From: Sarea resinae
Taxonomy: Eukaryota
Assembly: GCA_026026165.1 (NCBI GenBank)
Contig: JAPEUD010000013.1
Span: forward strand, 310,001-374,000
Direction of reading: 5' to 3'
Length of the DNA stretch: 64,000 nucleotides
Shown in pieces: positions 49,801-61,019 of this stretch. Below the pieces are notes generated by a model that saw only the letters and a program-made list of their open reading frames with translations, was not told where the DNA came from and searched no databases. Position 1 is the first letter of the stretch; every line of letters begins with the position of its first letter. Made by a program: the position numbers and the translations under genes.

Positions 49801-51407
49801 CCGCGATCCCCAACGGTGTCGTCAGGGCCATCAAGCCGCCGAGTTCGGAAGGCCTTCCGCGCAAGTCGAGATAGCCCTAGGAGGATTCCATTTGGCCAAG
49901 CTTTGGTGTTGTTGTGGTAGGAAGGGGCACGAGGGATCGATGAGATTGCCTAGCTGTCAGGCACGGAGCTTACCTCGTGTGAGAATCGGATGGCATGGAC
50001 TGCATATACCTTTACCCAAATCAGGTAGCCATGGAGGGGATGGAGTGCTGCAAGAGGGCCAGCTGGAGGCCGGGGCAGCGTGCGGTAAGGTATTGATTGA
50101 CTGATTCATGCAGGCAGCAGTGACAGGCCCAGGCCAGTTAGGCGTACAGAAGATGTTGATATATCAGATGGATACCTAGAGTAGACGCCGAGGACGGGTA
50201 TGATTACAATGATATCCCATCTACTCCGGAGCACTCGTAGTCGATGGACTGCACTCCGGAGTACTACGTAGTAGTGCCCTGATATCAAGCATAAGGTAGG
50301 TAATCTGATAGCAAATACTAAGACCTTCCTTACCTTACCCTGTTTTACAGTTTTTGACTACGAGTTTCCTATCGACATGCTCCGTCCATCCAGCAACGAA
50401 TCGAGTAAGGCTCCCAGCCTGCCAGCCAGGGCTAGGGTGCCTTAGTTGAGGCAGACGCAGTACGCAGCACTGCACTGGGACGGACTGACTACAGCGTACC
50501 TCGCCATACTCGATTCGTCGTGCAGCAGGCCATCTCATCTGCGACCATCTGCCCTCCCCTTCGCCATCTCCACCGACGTTCCACATCCCTGTATGCTGCT
50601 GAGGGCTCGGTGATGTTCCTCCGAAAGAGAGCTGCACAAGGTCAAGCGCACATCAGGGTGATGGCCCGGCCTACCAGGACTACCGCTAGGTTCGTCTTAG
50701 GTCGTAGGTCGTAGGTCCTAGGTCCTAGGTAAGGTAGGTAGTCTACCTCATCTACTCTGCGAGTACTACTCATCGTAGAGGGCTCCAGAGTACGACTCTA
50801 CTTCATTGCAATCATCGTAATCTGAGCAGCTCCCGCCCCCGTCAGTAGGGAGGTCACTGAGTAAGTAGCTGGAGGTGCCTTACGTAGCCCGTAAGGGTCC
50901 TCCGCCGCGCCTTCGACTCTTTCGAGAGAATGCTCTAGAGCATTTTGGTCGTTTGGTCGTGCTCTGAATCCATCCCTCTCATGCCACTTCTATTGGCATA
51001 AACACAGTCTTTTACCCTGCATACCCTACCATCGTCACTCCCACCACGGCCCTTCTCACCTCGTCCTGACTTGCCTCACTCGTCTTCTGTTTTGCTCTCG
51101 CCAATGACCGTTTATACCCCGCGTCCGCTTGTCCAGCGAACCTCCTCCCCATGTCCCTCGGTGATCACGGCAACTGCCTAGTTATTCGGAGAAGGCACTG
51201 AGGCAAGCAAGCCATCGTCAGTATTGCTCATCTGCCGCCTTACCTCGAGCTACCCGGCATACCTACTTTCTATCAGATGTCTTTTATCTCTTCAATTTCT
51301 TTCTCTATATGTGAGCCTGGCAGCTGCTAGTGGCTATCGGAGCCGCTCCGGCAGTCTCAGCGTCACGTCCAAGTCTGGCTGGCCATGCTTTGACAGCGGA
51401 TACTGCC

Positions 51408-54400
51408 ATGCTCGCTACTCCATTCCAGCATTTGACCCCATCGTTTTATCCCATCTCTGCCGTCATGTTTCCGCCTCCTGGCTATGTTCCCCAACGGCCT
51501 CCATCAACTTCTCAGATCAGCACGTTCCCACAGGCACTCCAACAGGATCCACAGCAATCCCATCAGGGCGGCGGAGGCGGCGGCGGTAGCAGCAACAGCG
51601 GAATTCCTCCGGGCAATCCATCGCAGAACTTCGAGAATCATCCTTATGGAAGCCGAGCCGTGCTGTTCTCGACTCCCCCAGCTCGCAGACCGGCCAGTGA
51701 AAGCCGCGCCGGAGCCCAGTCATCGAGCTCTGGATCTATCCGACGTCGAATCAGTAGAGCCTGCGATCAGTGTAACCAGCTGAGGACGAAATGTGATGGC
51801 AGAAGCCCATGTGCGCATTGTGTAGGTGGGTTTCCAAGGGAATCGTTGCTGTGTGGAGAGCGTCAAGTTTTCTAACCGTCCGCAAGAATTCGGCCTTGGC
51901 TGCGAATACGCCCGGGAACGCAAAAAGCGAGGAAAGGCTTCGAAGAAAGATTTGGCCCAGCAATCTGCAAATCCATCTTCTCAGTCAGACTTGGCAGCTC
52001 AACGTCCTTCTCCTGCTTTATCGTCCCGGACCCACGAACCTACACATACCCCATCTTCATTGAGCGATGATTCATCTTCATCTGCTGCGGTGGTTGGTCA
52101 TTCTACTTTTAGCAGCCAAGGCCTCGAGAGCACCAAAATGAGAGATCATCAGGCGGGCGCCGGGCCTCAACCTGGAAACGTGACAAGCATGCATAGAATG
52201 TCCGACGCGAGTGCTGCTGAGTCTCTTCGCCATCTAGCTGGCAACACGGACTCTACTACCACGAGAGGCAGCGATCGGCCCAGCATGACCAGTGGTGTAG
52301 GAGGGCCTCTGAGCTTTAGCGCACAAGGCTTGGGGGCTCCACTGGAATATCACCAGAGCGCACAGTCTGGGAATCCTCAGTTCAGACCCAACAGCGAGCA
52401 AATACTCCCTCAAGCTCTCTCGGGCCACTTTGCCGGAAGCATCGATTCGAGTTCGCATAGCCAGAATTATGGCGAACCGCAATATCCGATGATGAACCCG
52501 CAACATATTCAGGGACAAACAGGCGCCTTTCACATAGGAAACGCCGGTAGCAGCCCTTTGCCAGGCCTCATGGGAACCTCGCCCGTAACAACATCTCCCA
52601 GCTGGTTTTCCTTCGCGTCACCTTCGCCGGGAACATATCACCCACAACATACGAGCCAGTCCGGACATACACTACGCTATCCCGTTCTACAGCCTCTGAT
52701 ACCCAACTTAAGCGCCATCTTGCCACTCCCTTTAGCTTGCGATCTACTGGAAGTGTACTTCACAAGCTCTTTTTCTGCGTACATGCACCCACTATCACCC
52801 TACATTCTGGGTTATGTTTTTCGAAAGCGGTCCATCCTCCACCCTACGAAACCACGTTCATGCAGTCCTGCATTGCTTGCTAGCATGCTTTGGGTAGCAG
52901 CTCAGACAAGCGACGCACCATTTCTGAATGCATCACCAATCGCCCGAGGCCGGACTTGCCAAAAACTTCTCGAATTGACAGTCGGTCTGTTACGGCCTCT
53001 TATACATGGACACGCATCCGGCTCAGAGTCACCAAATTATGGCAATTCTGGTGATCCGATTAGCAATGGAATTGCGCTCGGTGGGTTTGGAGTTCCTGTA
53101 CCCGCCTCTGCACAGGGAGGTCAATTCGATACGACAGAGGGCGGCTTGCCTGGAGCAACTGGAACATTAGATGATGTGGCAACATATATCAATCTTGCCA
53201 CGGTGGTGTCCGCAAGCGAGTATAAAGCCGCCAGTCTCAGATGGTGGAATGTGGCTTGGTCTTTGGCTAGAGAGCTGAAGCTCTACCGCGAGCTGCCCCC
53301 AAACCCTCCCCCTAACGCCCAAGGGAACTCAGATGGCCGAGGTGGCGACTGTGATACGACAAGAGATTCGGACATTGATGTACAGATGGATCACCGAGAG
53401 CAGCAAATGCCGGCCAATGTTCCTAATAACTTTTCGACCTACATGTCTAGTCCCTCTGGGTCGGTCACTGACGAAGAGAGAGAAGAACGACGGAGGATAT
53501 GGTGGCTTCTGTATACTGTGGATCGACATTTGGCTCTTTGCTATAATCGACCACTTTTCTTATTGGACAGCGAATGTGGGGAATTACTGCAGCCCATCGA
53601 CGAGCACCTCTGGCAGGCAGGCGATAATTTCACTGATCCGTCTAGAATACACGCTTTCGCCAATAACGTTGACCCCTACCGAAGAAGAGGACCAATAACT
53701 GAATGCACCGGACACAGCATCTTCGGCTACTTTCTTCCTCTGATGACGATTCTGGGCGAGATAGTCGATCTGATCCAAGCACAAAACCATCCACGATTTG
53801 GACTACGTTTTCGAAGCGCAGAGGAATGGGAAGCTCAAAGTGTGGTAATATCTCAGCAGCTGGAAGCATACGGTACGAGTTTGCGAGAGTTCGAGAGGAG
53901 GAACGCAGCAAAAATGAGCGACATTCCAAGCAGCAGCGGCAGCATCGCGGAAAATGCTCGGACTGACCCATCGTCCACTCCCTCAGGGGGATCCGTCGGT
54001 GGCATGTCAAACTCCAGGATGACCGAATCTATCATCCAAACCAAAATCGTTGTTGCGTATGGCACCCACGTCATGCACGTTCTCCATATCCTCTTGACGG
54101 GCAAATGGGACCCGATATCGCTCCTCGACGACAACGACCTCTGGATTTCCTCGCAGTCCTTCATCTCAGCCACGGGCCATGCCGTTTCCGCTGCTGAAGC
54201 TATCAGCGAGATTCTAGAATACGATCCCGATCTCAGCTTCATGCCATTCTTCTTCGGCATCTATCTGCTTCAAGGCAGTTTCTTGCTTCTGCTCATCGCG
54301 GACAAATTACAGGGTGGTGCCAGTCCCAGCGTCGTCAAGGCCTGCGAGACCATTGTTCGTGCGACTGAAGCCTGTATTGTCACCCTGAATACGGAGTATC

Positions 54401-54620
54401 AGGTGAGTCTAATGGGCCTCTACTAGTCATCTGACCGATAATTTGACTTGATACAAGTATGCTGATGACCTTATAGCGCAACTTCCGCAAAGTCATGCGC
54501 TCTGCATTGGCTCAGATCCGTGGACGAAACCCTGAAGATTTTGGAGAACAACAACTACGGCGTAGGGAAGTGCTTTCATTATACCGGTGGACAGGCGACG
54601 GTACGGGATTGGCGCTCTAA
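51408..54620 (+). CDS. xlnR: Xylanolytic transcriptional activator XlnR/Xyr1 (Zn2Cys6), 3 exons
   Basis: [81 protein letters not shown] and C-terminal [13 protein letters not shown]. Introns 51826-51886 and 54403-54476. Confidence 0.97.
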
Positions 54621-55308
54621 AAGCCCTTTCGAGCGAAATCGAAAGGTTGCGTTCGTTGTTTATAGCTCGAGGAAAGCGTACGGGATTGGCAATGGGAGAT
54701 CTTCTTGTCTTCCATTGTATGCAATTGTATTGACCATGGCGAAACGAGGGGGCAAAACTAGACGCTAGCCGCGGAGGCAAGGCGTATATGTGTGCCGGAC
54801 GACATTCATCTGGATCTGATGCACTCTGCTGGTTTCAGGGCAACGGGTTTTACCTGAGGGGCTTCGTTTTCTCTTCTGATTGTGAATAGTCGTATATTTG
54901 GGTCCTTTTGGTTTTTACGTTCGGCCCTTGGAAAGGGGAAGGGGAGGATTTTGTGTCATCAGGCAGAGTTCGTTTCTATACATACTAGGTAGTCTTTTCG
55001 TGTGTACAGTATCATTATACCAAGGCCTGCACCATCAGGTGGGCCTCCTTGCTTCGTTCAGAAGTTCCGAGATTCCATTCAATCAATCAATCAGCCAGCC
55101 AGCGTTATACGCGCGTGTGAAATTGGATATGTATAGTGCATGTGAGCATCCCCGCAAAAGGGGAAAAAGTAACGCGCCTGACTCCCTCGCTCTGCCTTTA
55201 TCATCTCATCAAATGCATTGCATGCAGGAACGCAGAGACACCCAGTCATTCCACCAACACACACACGCACACGAACCCAAGATGCCTCCTATGCTGCGAA
55301 ATCCTCAT

Positions 55309-56274
55309 CTATACCTGATTATACCGTTCATAGAGCCTCTCGACGTCTTTGACCAGGTCTCCCCATTCCTCGCCACCTTCACAGTCATACCACACGCCTC
55401 CATCCCTGACACACCTGACCTCGCCATCCAAGCGCACGGTACAACTCTTCTTGACGCCAGCCTCCTGGCTTCTCTCGACGCTCTTGCGCAACAGGTCGAC
55501 ACCCTGGGCGCCGCTGTCGGCCGAGGCGCACTCATTCAGCTCGGCAAACGACATGCCGTGCTCGAGAGCGCAGTCCGACACCAAGTCGCGCCCGGGGATC
55601 CGCGCGTACTCGTTCGACAGACACATGGTGAAGCCCAGGTAGTACTTCGGATCCGGGTAGATCGTCGCCGCGCACAGCTCCAGGATATTGCCCAGGCATT
55701 CCGTTGGCCCGTGCATGCACGCCACGCCGTCGTCGTCGTAGGTCGGCGTGCCGATGTACGAGAGCGTGAAGTTTACGTACGACGACACGCGTTCCATGGC
55801 TGGGATGACGAGGTCGTGCAGGCAGTCGCGCGCGTCGGGACATTTGCTCTGAAGGCCAGAAAGATGGTTAGCTGGGGAGGGTCTTGAAGGAAGGAAGGGA
55901 GAGGAGAGGGTGTGCTGTACCATTATGTGCGCTTCTAAGGGTACGAGTTTCGGCGATGAGTTGGTGCCAATGTCGCTGATTATTCTATCCGTCGCTGGTG
56001 CTGCATGGTCGCTACTGCTACTGCTGCTGGCGTGGTGGCCGTGGCATCCAAGAGTCCATGATGACACCGAGAAAGGATGTAGGGATCCCGCCAAGCCAAA
56101 CATGATGCGCAAGAGGAACAGGCCGGACAGAGTTGCGACAAGGGCGATAGCAAACTGTCGGCGGGCGGAGATGTTCCTTTGTCGTGGATGTTGGTGTTGG
56201 GACGTCGGAGTGGCGGCTGTCTCGATCCCATCGGCATCGAGCCTCTCCTCGTCGATGAGAGGTTGTTTCTCCAT
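55309..56274 (-). CDS. GILT-family (gamma-interferon-inducible lysosomal thiol reductase-like) protein with an N-terminal TM anchor, 2 exons
   Basis: LEAHIM|SKCPDA (intron 55920-55849), the GILT signature CMHGPTECLGN, and SCTVRL...CVRDGG. Confidence 0.88.
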   Translation of the reverse strand: MEKQPLIDEERLDADGIETAATPTSQHQHPRQRNISARRQFAIALVATLSGLFLLRIMFGLAGSLHPFSVSSWTLGCHGHHASSSSSSDHAAPATDRIISDIGTNSSPKLVPLEAHIMVQHTLSSPFLPSRPSPANHLSGLQSKCPDARDCLHDLVIPAMERVSSYVNFTLSYIGTPTYDDDGVACMHGPTECLGNILELCAATIYPDPKYYLGFTMCLSNEYARIPGRDLVSDCALEHGMSFAELNECASADSGAQGVDLLRKSVERSQEAGVKKSCTVRLDGEVRCVRDGGVWYDCEGGEEWGDLVKDVERLYERYNQV

Positions 56275-56830
56275 TGTTGATCGAGCGTGGTGTCGTAGAT
56301 TGTAGGAGGATAGGTGATGTCAACTTCAGAGACACAAGAGGATGGGATTGTTCTTGTTTTCGGCTGATTTGATTGATTGATTGATCGATTGATATGATAA
56401 GGTTATCTCTTGCTTAGGTCAGCTGATGACGAGCGTTGTTGCTTGTCCGCTTCTCATCTGTTATCTCCATTACTCCGAGAACATTCGGAATACGTTGAAA
56501 GTCTTCGATCTTCGATTTTTACGAACATCTCAGTCGAACAGCTATGAGCCAGATAGGAATAATGATATGATTTGAGATCCGCGATTGTGGTCCGAGACAA
56601 CCTCACATTGCTGCAGATTTCTGCAGATCTCTCCTCCTTGGCGTCAGCTATCGGCTACTTTCAGACGCTCTACATCGCTGGACTCCGCATGGAGACCATG
56701 ACTCTTGACGCTTCGAGGTAGCGCTTATTCTCTGTGCCGTGGCTGAAACAGGCCATGAGAAGAGAGCCGTCCACCTCCATCCGCCGTGACTCTCGACCGG
56801 TTTGACGTCTGTCCCAGCACAGCATCCCCA

Positions 56831-58882
56831 ATGGCTAGCAAGAACAATGATATAGAGGCATTCCTGCAGCCACTCGTGGTGGACGACGAGCGTTTATACG
56901 GACTTGCTGTTGAATTCTCGAAGACGTACCGTCAGCTCGCCTGGGATTCTTCCGAGCAGTTCATACCCACCCCTCTCACGACGCTCCCTTCTGGCGAGGA
57001 AAAGGGGCAGTTCCTGGCTATTGATGTGGGCGGGACGAACTTGAGGGTGGGGTTTATTGAGTTGGTAGGGGACGATATAGTATCTGATGGATCGAACTCG
57101 AAAGAGCACAGCATCCATGATGGTCCTGAGGAACCTGGAGAGCATAATGGCACGACACGAATTCGACGACGATTTGAGAAAGCATGGCCGATTGGCGAGC
57201 ATCTGAAGGTGGACAAGGCAGAGGACCTGTTCGCCTGGATTGGCGATTGCATGGCTGAGGTCGTTAGGGATCGAGCCGCTTCTACTGCTGCTGCTGCTGG
57301 GCCTCAATATGACGTGGCTCGGGAGGAGGAGGAGGAAGAGCTGGATATGGGCATTACTTTCAGCTTTCCGATGATGTATGTCATGATTTTTCATGTCACT
57401 CGATGTTTGCCGCAATCAAATTTTCCAGCTTGTTTCTTCACTTTTTCTTGGATGATTGTGCAGAAATGTATAGCTAATGTAAATAGACAATCATCCCTCT
57501 CTGAAGCAACTCTCATGCCAATGGGCAAAGGCTTCGCCATAACATCGAATCTCAACCTCGGAAAGCTCCTCCTGGCGGGCTACGAGCGCCATACCAAAGA
57601 TCCGATAATGGTGTCCACCTCAGGCCCTAGTATGACAATCAAAAAGCTCCCCCGTCTCCGCATAGCAGCCATAACAAATGACACCGTCGCAACACTCGCC
57701 TCCCTCTCCTACACCGCCACCACCACCAGAAAATCCAAAATGCTCTCCCCAATTCCCAACACCCGCGTCGCCATGGGCCTAATAGTCGGCACCGGCACAA
57801 ACGCCACCATCCCCATCCCCCCCTCCTACCTCTCTCCCTCCAAACGATCTCTCATCCACGGCTCCTCTTCTCCCTCCGTCGAGGACTCAGTAGTAGTCAA
57901 TACGGAATGGTCACTGCCCGGCACGCTGCCCCCTCTGCAGAGATACTCGCTCGTAACCGCCTGGGACCTCGCTCTAGACGCGGCATCAGACTCGCCGGGT
58001 TTCCAGCCCCTCGAATACATGACATCAGGCCGGTATCTCGGCGAACTCGTGCGGCTCATTGTCGTGGACTTGCTGCTCACATTTTCTTTGGCCCCCTCTC
58101 TCGCAGATCTACCTTTCAGACTCCGGCAGAGGAACGGCGTATCGACGACATTCCTCGCGACCGTGATCGCGGCCCCGAACACGTCTATCGTAGACCTCGT
58201 GGACACGCTCAATGAAACTCTGTCTGCATCCGCGGGGAACGGAGGCAGCAGATGGAAGTGGACGGCGGATTCGGCACGCTGGTTCAGACGCGTGGCGGAG
58301 CTTGTCCAGAGGCGGTCGGCGAGGCTGATTGCGGCTGCGTCTGTGGGCCTGCTTGGTTGCGCCGGGGAGTGCACGCTGGGATTCCATGATGGGTCTGGGT
58401 TTTCTCCTACCGGCTCTTCCATGGGTACGGAATCATCGGTCTTTGCGTCCCCTGCGACCAACCCTGCTGGTACAAACGCAGTTGTTGAGCCAATAGAAAC
58501 AGAAACAGAAGCAGAAGGAAAAAAAGAAGAAGAAGAAGAAGTGCTGATAATAGCATACACCGGCACGACCATAACGTCGTACCCGTCCTTCCTCTCCACA
58601 TGCCAAGCCGCCCTCGACGTCCTGACGACGCTGTCTCAGACATCGCATCCTTCTCCTCCGCACCATCCTCACCCCTCCGACTCCCCCCATCGCGATGAGC
58701 CACCGTCCGGCATTCCGGATACAGCGGAACGTCAACGTCAACCTCAGCCTTCCGCGCAAACTCAGCCAAAGACAAGAAAGCCGACCACGAAGAAAATCGT
58801 CCTGCGCGAGACGCGCGACGGGGGAATCGTCGGCGCGGGCGTCTTAGCTGGCGTCGCGCTGCGTCGTGCGAGCGCGGCATAG
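56831..58882 (+). CDS. Atypical hexokinase-family protein, 2 exons
   Basis: LAIDVGGTNLRVG, GITFSFPM, MGKGF, TNDTVATL, GLIVGTGTNA, NTEW, EYMTSGRYLGE and DGGIVGAG. Intron 57376-57486. Confidence 0.88.
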   Translation: MASKNNDIEAFLQPLVVDDERLYGLAVEFSKTYRQLAWDSSEQFIPTPLTTLPSGEEKGQFLAIDVGGTNLRVGFIELVGDDIVSDGSNSKEHSIHDGPEEPGEHNGTTRIRRRFEKAWPIGEHLKVDKAEDLFAWIGDCMAEVVRDRAASTAAAAGPQYDVAREEEEEELDMGITFSFPMMYVMIFHVTRCLPQSNFPACFFTFSWMIVQKCIANVNRQSSLSEATLMPMGKGFAITSNLNLGKLLLAGYERHTKDPIMVSTSGPSMTIKKLPRLRIAAITNDTVATLASLSYTATTTRKSKMLSPIPNTRVAMGLIVGTGTNATIPIPPSYLSPSKRSLIHGSSSPSVEDSVVVNTEWSLPGTLPPLQRYSLVTAWDLALDAASDSPGFQPLEYMTSGRYLGELVRLIVVDLLLTFSLAPSLADLPFRLRQRNGVSTTFLATVIAAPNTSIVDLVDTLNETLSASAGNGGSRWKWTADSARWFRRVAELVQRRSARLIAAASVGLLGCAGECTLGFHDGSGFSPTGSSMGTESSVFASPATNPAGTNAVVEPIETETEAEGKKEEEEEVLIIAYTGTTITSYPSFLSTCQAALDVLTTLSQTSHPSPPHHPHPSDSPHRDEPPSGIPDTAERQRQPQPSAQTQPKTRKPTTKKIVLRETRDGGIVGAGVLAGVALRRASAA

Positions 58883-59482
58883 GTGGATGGGCGTGGATGT
58901 GGTGTGGTGGGGTGGGGATAAGCAGGAGGGAGAGAGAGAGAGGGAGAGAGGAGAGAGAGATACACAGAGACAGAGAAGATAGAGGATACACAGAGAGAGA
59001 GAGAGAATAGTAACAGAATACCAGAACCCCAAACCACAATCCAATCCCCCCCCCAAAAAAAAGCAAGACCCAGAAAGGCATAGTAGACAGACTAGACTAC
59101 CAAGAACCCCCATTTACCCAATCCCAAGAACCCTAACAGCCCCAGCTGACTAGAAGCAAAATTTCGGCTTGACGGGCTAGGACACGCAAGACTCAGTTAG
59201 AAAAACAAGTTGATAGGAAGAAGAGGATGGGAGATGAATAGGAAATACATAGAAGATAAGAGATGAGAAAGTCTTTGTATTTTTTCCCCCCTCTTTTTCC
59301 TGATTTTTCTTGATCTTCTTCTCCTTTCTCTCTTTCTCTCTTTCTCTACCTCTCTTCTGAACGCACGCATACAGATATGCAGATCTAGATCTAGATCTAG
59401 ATACAGATATAGATATAGACAGGTATAGACACAGACATAAGACATAAACACAAGAATTGATGATCACTTGAACCTTCTCTCA

Positions 59483-59508
59483 CCTTACCTTACCTTACCT
59501 TACCTTAC
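59483..59508. repeat. (CCTTA)5 repeat
   Basis: Read directly from the sequence. Confidence 0.8.
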
Positions 59509-59802
59509 CCTACTCCGCTGCAACTCCGCTTTTTTCACCATGACTATCACACTACGAACCAGGACCGTGACCGTGGCTGTGACCGTGACCGTCGCCGTGA
59601 CTTAAGTATCGCTCTATCCAGCCTTCCATCTACACGCCCGGAGAAGACCAGAGTGCAGAGTATGCTTTTGATTATGCTTCAAGGGAAATCATGAACGGAT
59701 GATGAATGGTGGATAATGGATGCAGAATTATGCAATCGAATGATGAGAGGCGGGGTATGATTGAGCAAAAATGAAAAAAAGAGATTTGCCCGATTATTGA
59801 AT

Positions 59803-59841
59803 TTCTTCTTCTTCTTCTTCTTCTTCTTCTTCTTCTTCTTC
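59803..59841. repeat. (TTC)13 microsatellite
   Basis: Read directly from the sequence. Confidence 0.92.
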
Positions 59842-60186
59842 GTCTTTCCTCTTCTTCCTCAATTCTGCCACAGATCAACCCTTCCTTGACGTTGAAGCAA
59901 CAATAGAGCCGCTTCCCTTACTCACTGCCCGCCCCTCACCTTCTCCCCCTTCCGACGCCGTCTCTTGGGTTCTCCTCCGCTGCGTCTGCCGGCCTCATTG
60001 TGTCCCTCCTCGTCGTTCTCTGCAAGCCATCTCCCTGCCGTCGCCTAAACTTCACCCTGCCTCCGCTCCCCGCCCCCGCCCCCGCCCCCCGTGCCCGCCC
60101 CCAAAACAGAAGACGGAATAGAAAAGTGAACATGAAAAGTGAAGAAGCGCACGACCTGAGATGGAAAAGATGACAAAAGGAAAAAT

Positions 60187-61019
60187 CTACATGATGATGC
60201 AGCTGCTGCTGCCACAGCATCCGGCGTGCTTGTCTTGCTCACCCATTTCCAGCTTCGACTGTGGGCCGTTGGCACCAGCCCCAGCCGGGGCCCCGGACGG
60301 GTACGACGACATTTCTTTGTTGTATCTTCGAATCTCTCGAACGAGGTTGTAGAAGGATTCGTCGACGTGGATTCGCGATTTGGCTGATGTCTCGATGAAG
60401 GCACAGCCGAATTGACGAGCTAGGTCTTGGCCCTCTGCAATGAACTCTGTTAGTGAAAGGCACGCTGAGTTGGAGCACGGTCCTGAACGCACCTTGCGTG
60501 GAAACCTGTCTCTCCGATTCCAGATCGCACTTGTTGCCCACGACGATGATGGGAAAGTAGTCCTTATCCTTGACGCGCAGGATTTGTTGTTGGAAGGTCA
60601 GAATCTCCTCAAACGACTGTCGTGACGTGATCGAGTAGACCAGTAGAAATCCCTCTCCCGTGCGCATGTACTGTTCCCTCATGGCCGAATATTCTTCCTG
60701 ACCGGCGGTATCAAGGACGTCCAGCAGAGCGACTTCATCGTCGATGACGCACTGCTTGCGGTATGAATCTGCACGAACACGTTCCTTTCGTCAGCCGGCG
60801 CAATCGAGTATGCAAAAACAAGGTGCAGCTCTCGAACCTTCAATGGTCGGATCGTATTCGTCGACGAAGTGGCTTTGGATCAATTGTATGGTCAAGCACG
60901 ACTTTCCGACTCCACCTCCTCCTACCACGACCAGTTTGTATTCTCTAAGGAACTACAGTGTGCCCGAGTCAGCGTTGCGCGTGGTGCAAACAAGGGCTAG
61001 AGCTCACCCTTGAAGCCAT
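60187..61019 (-). CDS. ras1: Ras small GTPase (Ras1/RasA), 4 exons
   Basis: [48 protein letters not shown] and a C-terminal [11 protein letters not shown] (palmitoylation cysteines + CAAX). Introns 61007-60953, 60837-60769 and 60492-60435. Confidence 0.98.

Noticed and set aside
54170..54230. Possible constitutive-activation allele of XlnR
   Set aside because: The HAVSAAEA segment retains the wild-type Val and Ala.
59120..59140. AACCCTAAC as a telomerase RNA template or telomeric seed
   Set aside because: A single short match in a low-complexity 3' region, without tandem TTAGGG repeats or supporting structure.
51408..61019. xlnR, hexokinase-like gene and ras1 as a carbon-signalling cluster
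   Set aside because: Ordinary conserved genes with no shared motif or other evidence of co-regulation in the sequence.
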